In this document: positions 8,516-15,290 of the stretch, piece by piece | Position numbering within the stretch: the first letter of the stretch is position 1 | How the letters are laid out: each line of letters starts with the position of its first letter | NCBI GenBank assembly: GCA_031459235.1 | Contig: JAVKIY010000004.1 | Location: 14,448 to 78,447, forward strand | DNA length: 64,000 nucleotides | Source of the DNA: Candidatus Fervidifonticultor tertius | GTDB taxonomy: Bacteria; Sysuimicrobiota; Sysuimicrobiia; Sysuimicrobiales; Humicultoraceae | Reading direction: 5' to 3' | The notes under the pieces: generated by a model | Told to the model about the DNA's origin: nothing | Databases searched by the model: none | The model's input: only the letters and a program-made list of their open reading frames with translations | Translations under genes and position numbers: made by a program

Positions 8516-11500
8516 ATGTCCAAGGCCATCGTCAGGCTCTTTGGAGCGTTTGAGTTCCTTGTCGGCGGCCGGCCAGTGGATCTTCACACTGCGCAGGCGC
8601 GTTTTGTGGCCTATCTCGCACTAGTTCGTGGGCGCCCCGTAGCCCGACAGGCAATTTGGGGTGCCCTGTGGTCGGAATTATCGGACGAGCGGGCCCGATC
8701 GAATCTCAGTAACATCATATGGCGGTTGCGTCAGACACTTTTGCGCCACGGGATCCCAGAAAGCGCGCTTAGGGTCGACACTAATACAGTCTCGCTGGAT
8801 TCGCGGCTGATACAATCCGACGTCAACATGTTTTTGCGGGATTTGTTGCCCCAAGATAGTCCGTACGCGTCGCTTGAAACACTCGCCCGTGCCGCGGCTG
8901 CGTTGAAGCTCTATAGGGGAGACTTGTTAGCCGATTGGGATGTCGAATGGTGCGTCGCCGAGAGAGAGCTACTGCGTCAGCGGTACGTGGATACACTTCG
9001 GTGCCTTGCCGCCGCGTTCGAGAAGCGCGGGAGAGTAGACTTGGCTCTGCGGTACGGACGCAAGGCGGTGGAGATGGATCCGCTGAACGAGGAACTGGCT
9101 AGGCTGCTAATGAGGCTGTTCATTGAATCGGGCAATCGCACGTCGGCCCTGGCGTTCTATCGACGCTTTGCGGCCGACCTTCGCAGGGAGCTTGGGGTCG
9201 CGCCTGACGAGGAGACCCAGGCGCTTGTCGCCGCTCTTGTCCAGCGTCAGGTTACCCCGATCGGAGCACGCGGTACCAACTGTGTTGATCCGTTGCAGTC
9301 GGCGGTGGCGCTAGTCGGTAGAGACGGCGAGAGGCTACTCATCGCATCAATGATGGAGAGCGCGATCACCCGGAAGGGGGGCGGGATTCTTCTGGCTGGT
9401 GAGCCCGGCATTGGGAAGACCAGGCTCGTGGAGTGGGCCATGGAAGACTGGGTGGCGCGAGGGGGCGCCGTTTCCGCTGCTCGCTGCATTGAGTTCGCTG
9501 AGCCCATTCCGTACCAAGTGCTGTTCGACGCCGTCGGGAGGCGGTCTGCGCAACCATCGTTGTCTCCGTCCGAGGGAGGCTCAACAATGGCGGTCACAAC
9601 GGCGTCTCCTGGTGCGAGTGTCAACAGCGAGATGCCGGGCGAAGTCTGGGCGCAGGAGCGACCCTTCCATAAGCTGAGGCTGCTTGAGTGGTTTCGGGCC
9701 TCCCTGTGGGCGGCCGCGGAGCAGAGACCCCTGCTTCTCGCACTTGAGGATCTGCAGTGGGCGGATGCCGATAGCTTGGATGCCATTGTTTACCTGCTTG
9801 CGCATGCGAGGCGAGCACCGGTACTTCTGCTGCTGACGGCACGCCGTCCCGCCACCTTGTCAGTTGAATCCTACCTCGATAAGCTTCAAAGATATGCGCT
9901 CCACACCGTCAGGCTGCCCCGGCTATCCGGACTCGAAACACGAACCCTTGTCGAGGGGTTGCTTCGAGGTAGAGCCGTTCCGCCGGCGTTCGCAACCTGG
10001 ATTCATGCGGAAACTGAGGGGAATCCACTGTTCGTGGTCGAGACGCTTCGCCTTCTTGAGCAGAAAGGAGATCTGGGAAGTCTGCTTGCAGGGCGCGCGC
10101 CCGAGCCGCTACTAGCCGGGATGACGAAACCTGTGGTGCCAGAGGGAATTCGGTTTTCGATTCAGCAGAGACTTCAACTGCTCGACACGGAATCCTTGAG
10201 AGTAGCCCAAATTGCGTCCATAGCCGGGCGTAGTGTGGATCCACAGCTTCTTGCAGCGGCGAGCGGCGTTTCAAGCAACGAACTGGCCCGGATTCTTCAA
10301 ACCTTGATGCAAGTCGGGATTCTTGAACGCAGCGAGGATAAGCTTCGGTTCTCACATGACAAGATACGTGCGGTCTGCTACGAGACCATTCCGGTGGCAC
10401 TCCTTCAGACGTGCCACGCGCAGTGGGCTAGAACACTCGTGCAGGGTCAGGACGCCTCACCACAAGATGTCGCTTGGCACTGGCAGTCCGCAGGACAGTG
10501 GGCGGAGGCCTGCGTCTATTGGGAGCTTGCCGGAGATGACGCAATGCGCCTTCATGCCTACGAAACGGCCGTTTGCAGCTATCGGTTGGGGCTACAGTGT
10601 TTGCTCAGGGTGCGGGTGGATAGCGACGGCGAAAGGTTTCCACTCAGGATACGACTTCTGCTCAAGTGTGAGCATGCCATGACACACCTTGGCATGCCCA
10701 ATGAGAGACGTGCTGCCTTGAGGGAAGCTCGGTCCCTGATCACACGCGGCCGCCTGTCCGCTCTTGAGCCCTGTTGGTACCTACGGAAGGGCCTACTTGA
10801 AGAACACGTTGGTGACTTCGGCATGGCAGTGAGGTTCGCGCGGAGGTCTTGGGCGCTAGCTCGTTCTATTGGGGATTGCGCTGTCGAGGCCGAAGCACTA
10901 CGCTTGATGGCTATCGCCCTCAGCCGCGGTGGGCGTGAAAAGCGGGCGCGGGCCGTGTCCGCCCTTGCACTCAGGAGGGTAGGAAGCCGCCCCACACGCT
11001 CAAGAGTCGCCGCCTTAACCGACGCCGCGATTGTGCATCTACGACTCGGTGAGTACGATCGGGCTCTTGCCCATGTTGGCGAGGCGCGGGCAGCTATTGT
11101 TGAGCTCGGTGACGACGACGGTTACCTAGTCTCATTGACCGAGGCTGCGATTCAGAAGCGTGTGGGGGAGGTCGAGCCAGCGCGCCTGAACTGTGTAAGG
11201 GCATTGCGAGAGTCAAGCGCGAGGTCGGAAGCAGTATCAACAGCGCGAATTCGCTTTCAGTTGGCAACTCTCGATGCACTCGAGGGCAGGCTTGCCGACT
11301 CCTTGACGAACCTCAGGCACGCCCGGTCCACTCTCCGATCCGCCGGCTACTCCCGCATGTACGCCGCATGCCTCAACGAGATCGCCTACGGTGTCGGCCG
11401 CCTGCTCGGGAACTACCACTGGGCCTGGCGCGCGTCCGAGCAGGCCCTCGAGCTGTCCCGTGCCTACCGGAGCGCGCACGCGACCGCGATTTACCTCGAC

Positions 11501-12220
11501 ACCCAGGCGCAACTCCTCCTGGAGATGGACCGCGTCGAGGAGGCCCAGAAGGTCATCGACGAGGCCATCGCGCTGCTCGGCGAAGAGCTGACGTCCACGG
11601 GACAGTTCGCAGAGTCGCTGGCCCGTCGCGGCATGGTCTACCTCCGCGCCGGCGACCTGCCGCGGGCCATTGAGGACCTGGAAGCGGCGCGGCGCGCGCA
11701 GACGCACCGCGGCGAGAAGCTCCACCTGCCTGACACGCTCACGAGCCTGGCGATGGCGTACGCACTCCTGGGCGACGCGGATCGCGCGGTGGAGGCCTCG
11801 ACCGAGGCGCTGCGCGTGCTGGCGGCGGTCCGGGGCGTCAACCACCAGCCGCAGCGCATCCTGTGGAACCACTACAAGATCCTGGCGCGCTTCGACCGGC
11901 AGCCGCGCCTCCCGTTTCTGCGCCGCGCGGTGCGGTCGATCGAGGCGCAGGCCGCCAGGCTGACCCGCGCGCAGGCGCGTCGTTTCCGCACGTGGGTTCC
12001 GGTCAACCGCGAGATCCTCGACGCGTGGGCCGAGCTGAACATGCCGGCGGCCGCCGGTGCCGAGCCGGAGGTGGACGCGCCTGCGGCGCTGGCGGGGTTC
12101 GAGATCCCCGACGCGCAGGCCGCGGCCCTCGAAGCCGAGGGGCGGCGGGCGCGGCTGGTTGCGGCGCCCGCGCGGTTTGAAACCTCGGAGCCGCCGGCGC
12201 CCTCGTTGAGAGTACCGTAA
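8516..12220 (+). CDS. large SARP/AfsR-type regulator: winged-helix DNA-binding domain + BTAD + P-loop NTPase (AAA_16/STAND-like) + long TPR-like C-terminal region
   Basis: The N-terminus VRLFGAFEFLVGGRPVDL..ARFVAYLAL..NLSNIIWRLRQTL is an OmpR/SARP wHTH. LYRGDLLADW..ELLRQRY..ALRYGRKAVEMDPLNEEL..LMRLF..GNRTSALAFYRRF is a BTAD. Walker A is LLAGEPGIGKTRLVEW (~9398-9421) and Walker B-like is LLLALEDLQWAD. The C-terminal ~600 aa are Ala/Leu/Arg-rich helical repeats. Confidence 0.85.
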   Translation: MSKAIVRLFGAFEFLVGGRPVDLHTAQARFVAYLALVRGRPVARQAIWGALWSELSDERARSNLSNIIWRLRQTLLRHGIPESALRVDTNTVSLDSRLIQSDVNMFLRDLLPQDSPYASLETLARAAAALKLYRGDLLADWDVEWCVAERELLRQRYVDTLRCLAAAFEKRGRVDLALRYGRKAVEMDPLNEELARLLMRLFIESGNRTSALAFYRRFAADLRRELGVAPDEETQALVAALVQRQVTPIGARGTNCVDPLQSAVALVGRDGERLLIASMMESAITRKGGGILLAGEPGIGKTRLVEWAMEDWVARGGAVSAARCIEFAEPIPYQVLFDAVGRRSAQPSLSPSEGGSTMAVTTASPGASVNSEMPGEVWAQERPFHKLRLLEWFRASLWAAAEQRPLLLALEDLQWADADSLDAIVYLLAHARRAPVLLLLTARRPATLSVESYLDKLQRYALHTVRLPRLSGLETRTLVEGLLRGRAVPPAFATWIHAETEGNPLFVVETLRLLEQKGDLGSLLAGRAPEPLLAGMTKPVVPEGIRFSIQQRLQLLDTESLRVAQIASIAGRSVDPQLLAAASGVSSNELARILQTLMQVGILERSEDKLRFSHDKIRAVCYETIPVALLQTCHAQWARTLVQGQDASPQDVAWHWQSAGQWAEACVYWELAGDDAMRLHAYETAVCSYRLGLQCLLRVRVDSDGERFPLRIRLLLKCEHAMTHLGMPNERRAALREARSLITRGRLSALEPCWYLRKGLLEEHVGDFGMAVRFARRSWALARSIGDCAVEAEALRLMAIALSRGGREKRARAVSALALRRVGSRPTRSRVAALTDAAIVHLRLGEYDRALAHVGEARAAIVELGDDDGYLVSLTEAAIQKRVGEVEPARLNCVRALRESSARSEAVSTARIRFQLATLDALEGRLADSLTNLRHARSTLRSAGYSRMYAACLNEIAYGVGRLLGNYHWAWRASEQALELSRAYRSAHATAIYLDTQAQLLLEMDRVEEAQKVIDEAIALLGEELTSTGQFAESLARRGMVYLRAGDLPRAIEDLEAARRAQTHRGEKLHLPDTLTSLAMAYALLGDADRAVEASTEALRVLAAVRGVNHQPQRILWNHYKILARFDRQPRLPFLRRAVRSIEAQAARLTRAQARRFRTWVPVNREILDAWAELNMPAAAGAEPEVDAPAALAGFEIPDAQAAALEAEGRRARLVAAPARFETSEPPAPSLRVP

Positions 12221-12266
12221 GAGCACCGGCGCCTACCGTCCGATTATCCAGGCACGTCGAGGGCGG

Positions 12267-13013
12267 GTGATCGGGATGGGGGGCGTGGTCACGGCGCGCT
12301 TTCTGGTCGACCGGCCGATTCGTCAGGGCATGGTCCGGGCGATCCTGGATACCCTGACCGCGCAGGGCGGTTACTACGAGCCGCACCTGATCCGGCGGTC
12401 CGCAGATGACGGCGACCGTCGCATCTTCTGGGGCCGGCCGGCGGGGTTGCTGGACGACGTCGCGCAGGGGCCGGACGCGACCTTCCTGCGCGTTGCCGAA
12501 GGCCTGGCGGAGCCGGTGCTGACGTTCCGCATCAGTCCCTCGCCTCGGGCGTTGCCGAGCGTGGTTACGCTGCGGCTCCCGGCGGAAGCGCTCGCGAGCA
12601 CCCGCGACGTCGAGCAGCTTCTCGGCGTGGGTAAGGGGCTCTACCTGTTCCTGGAGTCGCCGTGGGGGACGATCGGCGCCGCATCCGCCGCCGACGGCGC
12701 GCCGCGGACCCTCCTCCAGTGGGCCACCTATGTCGGGCCGGAGACGGTCAGCCGCGCGGGACCGGCGCGCTTCCTGACCTCGCTGGCGTTCATCGTGGAG
12801 ATCCTGCCGGACGGCGGTGTCATGCTCGTTACCCACGCCTCGCCGTCGCTCGCGGAGACCGACGACGGGCGGGCGCTGCGCCGACACCTCGAGGACGCGA
12901 CGGGACTCGCGGACGCCCTGGGCGGTCTCGCCCGCCACGCGCCCCCTGACGGCGATGTGCCGCGCACGGCAGGGATCACCCGGAGGAGCCAGGGACCGTC
13001 CTCGCAGGTCTGA
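12267..13013 (+). CDS. hypothetical protein (248 aa), no domain recognised
   Basis: The ORF has a balanced amino-acid composition (D, E, F, Y, W present) and high third-position GC like neighbouring genes. Competing ORFs on the other strand and frames are Arg/Pro/Gly-rich. Confidence 0.55.
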   Translation: MIGMGGVVTARFLVDRPIRQGMVRAILDTLTAQGGYYEPHLIRRSADDGDRRIFWGRPAGLLDDVAQGPDATFLRVAEGLAEPVLTFRISPSPRALPSVVTLRLPAEALASTRDVEQLLGVGKGLYLFLESPWGTIGAASAADGAPRTLLQWATYVGPETVSRAGPARFLTSLAFIVEILPDGGVMLVTHASPSLAETDDGRALRRHLEDATGLADALGGLARHAPPDGDVPRTAGITRRSQGPSSQV

Positions 13014-13245
13014 CGGCCGTTTCCCCGGCGGGTCCCAGCGCCCTGACCCGGCGCGAGGGCTCTTCTTCCCGGCGACCACGCTGCAGTTGCATCTGACTTC
13101 CGCCACTAGATCTGGTGGCGTCGCACCTATTCACCCCCACATCTCCACGCTCGCTTTGGTGGCGCAAACCCGCATGGCGCATGGATTCCCGCCCGTGGTC
13201 TTCGCCGACTAATTTCGTGATTTTGAGGACTACGAGAAGGACTTC

Positions 13246-13291
13246 GTGGGAACATGGAGAATGGTGTGGGGCAAAGTGGGGAACTGTGGGG
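13246..13291 (+). promoter_or_regulatory. putative MraZ operator: phased GTGGG(G/A) direct repeats
   Basis: GTGGGG occurs at 13266-13271, 13276-13281 and 13286-13291 with exact 10-bp spacing, plus GTGGGA at 13246-13251. The last repeat directly abuts the mraZ ATG (13292). Confidence 0.6.
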
Positions 13292-13714
13292 ATGCTCAGA
13301 GGCGAGTACGAGTACGCGCTGGACGACAAAGGGCGCGTGGTAATCCCGACCAGGTTTCGCCGTGTGCTCGGTGACCAGGTCGTCGCCGCCCGCGGGCTCG
13401 ATCCGTGCGTCAGCATCTACTCGCCCGAGGGCTGGGCGAGGGTAGAGGAGGAGCTCGTCCAGCTCTCCACCGGCAAGCGCGACATCGTGCGGGTGATCCT
13501 GGCCAGCGCGGTGGACCTGGAACTTGACCGGCAGGGCCGCGTGACGCTGCCGGCGCGGCTTCGGCAGTACGCGGGGATCGACCGCGACGTCGTCGTCGTG
13601 GGACTGATCAGGCGGGTCGAGATCTGGAACCGGTCCGCGTGGGCGGCTTACATCGAGCGTGCACAGAAGGCGGCGTTGCAGATCGCGGAGCAGGTGGAGG
13701 GGTTGCGGCTGTAG
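13292..13714 (+). CDS. mraZ: transcriptional regulator MraZ
   Basis: MLRGEYEYALDDKGRVVIPTRFR plus a second DxxGR(V)xLP repeat (LDRQGRVTLPARLR). It is 141 aa and is the first gene of the dcw cluster. Confidence 0.95.
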   Translation: MLRGEYEYALDDKGRVVIPTRFRRVLGDQVVAARGLDPCVSIYSPEGWARVEEELVQLSTGKRDIVRVILASAVDLELDRQGRVTLPARLRQYAGIDRDVVVVGLIRRVEIWNRSAWAAYIERAQKAALQIAEQVEGLRL

Positions 13715-14826
13715 ACGCCGAGGGTATCGACGCCGGGCACGTCCCGGTGATGCGCGACGAGGTTCTGGCCTGGCTGGCCCCGAGGCCCGGCGGAGTGTAC
13801 GTGGACGCGACGATCGGGGCGGGAGGGCACGCGGAGGCGATCCTGCGGCGGATCGCCCCCGGGGGGCGGCTGATCGGGATCGACCGCGACGCCGAGGCGC
13901 TGGCGATCGCGGCGCGACGACTGGCTCCATACGCAGCATCGGTCACACTACGGCACGCCAACTTCACGGCTATCCGCCAGATCGTGGCGGAGGCCGGCGT
14001 CGAGACGGTGGACGGGATCGTCATGGATCTGGGGGCCTCATCGCTGCAGTTCGACGCGCCCGAGCGCGGGTTCAGCTTCTCGCGGCCTGGCCCGCTCGAC
14101 ATGCGCATGGACCGGTCGCAACCGACCACTGCGGCCGACCTGATCAATGGCCTCCCCGAGCGCGAGCTGGCCAATCTCATCCACCGGTATGGTGAGGAGC
14201 GATTCGCGCGCCGGATCGCCCGGGCGATCGTCCGGCGCCGGCCGATCCATACGACCACGGCGCTCGCCGATGCCGTCAGCGCCGCCATCCCGCGCCGCGC
14301 CTGGCCGCGGGGTCTCCACCCGGCGACGCGCACCTTCCAGGCGCTGCGTATCGCCACCAATCACGAGCTCGACGATCTGGAACGCGCACTGCCGGATGCC
14401 GTGGGGGCTCTCCGGGGGGGAGGTCGACTCTGCGTCATCACCTTCCACTCCCTGGAAGATCGAATCCTCAAACACACCTACCTGCGCCTCTCCCGTGGCT
14501 GCACCTGTCCTCCCGGGAGCCCCCTCTGCACCTGTGGCGGACGCCGCTGGCTGCGCGTGCTCACGCGCCGGCCGCTGACCCCGTCACCGAGCGAGATCGC
14601 GGCCAACCCGCGCGCCCGCAGCGCGAAGCTGCGGGTGGCGGAGCGGCTGGTCGACCCTGCCGTGCACGGCTCGAGGTTCCCAGATGCGCCGGAGGCCGGT
14701 CAACCTTGCGCTGATCCCACCCTCCCCACCGTCTCTCCTGACGTCGTCTCTCCGGCACCCGGCCTCCGGCGCTTGACCGTCCGTACGCGCTCCGGCGCGC
14801 GCCCGCGCGAGGGTCGGCGGCGATGA
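13639..14826 (+). CDS. rsmH: 16S rRNA (cytosine1402-N4)-methyltransferase RsmH; start codon uncertain
   Basis: Motifs HVPVMRDEVLAWL, YVDATIGAGGHAEAIL, DLGASSLQFD, FHSLEDRI and ANPRARSAKLRVAERL. The first canonical start in frame is GTG 13639, which overlaps mraZ by 76 nt (see finding). There is a ~60-aa low-complexity C-terminal tail. Confidence 0.9.
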   Translation: MGGLHRACTEGGVADRGAGGGVAAVDAEGIDAGHVPVMRDEVLAWLAPRPGGVYVDATIGAGGHAEAILRRIAPGGRLIGIDRDAEALAIAARRLAPYAASVTLRHANFTAIRQIVAEAGVETVDGIVMDLGASSLQFDAPERGFSFSRPGPLDMRMDRSQPTTAADLINGLPERELANLIHRYGEERFARRIARAIVRRRPIHTTTALADAVSAAIPRRAWPRGLHPATRTFQALRIATNHELDDLERALPDAVGALRGGGRLCVITFHSLEDRILKHTYLRLSRGCTCPPGSPLCTCGGRRWLRVLTRRPLTPSPSEIAANPRARSAKLRVAERLVDPAVHGSRFPDAPEAGQPCADPTLPTVSPDVVSPAPGLRRLTVRTRSGARPREGRRR

Positions 14827-15290
14827 TCGCCCCGCGTCCTCGCGCGCGCTTCTATCCCGTATGGCTGCCGGACGGCGCCGCGCGCCGGCAGCCGGTTGTT
14901 CGGCGTCGGCCGCGTCTGCACCCGATGGTCGGCGCGACGGTGATGGCGGTCCTTCTCACCCTGCCGGCGGTGCTGTACGTGTCGGTACGCGCGTACAGCG
15001 CCGAGGCCGGCTACACGATCCTGCGCCTGCAGCACGACCTCGCGCGCCTGCGCGCGGAACACGCGCGCCTGTCGCTGCAGGTGGCGGCCCTCAAAGCGCC
15101 GCAGAGGATCGAACGCTACGCCACCAAGGAGCTGGGGATGGCGCCGCCCCGCCAGTCCCAGCTCGCCACCATCACCGTCGGGCCGTCCATCGCGCGGGTC
15201 GAGGTTCCCGCCGGCGGAGGGGGCGTGTTCCGCACGGTCGTCGGGTGGTTCGGAGGAGGAGAGGCCGAGGCCCGCGAGCGACCGCGATGA
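14823..15290 (+). CDS. ftsL: cell division protein FtsL-like (small bitopic membrane protein)
   Basis: It lies between rsmH and the PBP gene. It has a single TM segment (ATVMAVLLTLPAVLYVSV) followed by a coiled-coil-like region (LRLQHDLARLRAEHARLSLQVAAL) and QRIERYA..LGM. ATGA overlaps occur at both ends. Confidence 0.75.
   Translation: MIAPRPRARFYPVWLPDGAARRQPVVRRRPRLHPMVGATVMAVLLTLPAVLYVSVRAYSAEAGYTILRLQHDLARLRAEHARLSLQVAALKAPQRIERYATKELGMAPPRQSQLATITVGPSIARVEVPAGGGGVFRTVVGWFGGGEAEARERPR

Noticed and set aside
12003-13106. 367-aa minus-strand ORF spanning the end of the regulator gene and the orphan gene
   Set aside because: It is antisense to two better-supported plus-strand ORFs, and its translation is an Arg/Pro/Gly-rich shadow.
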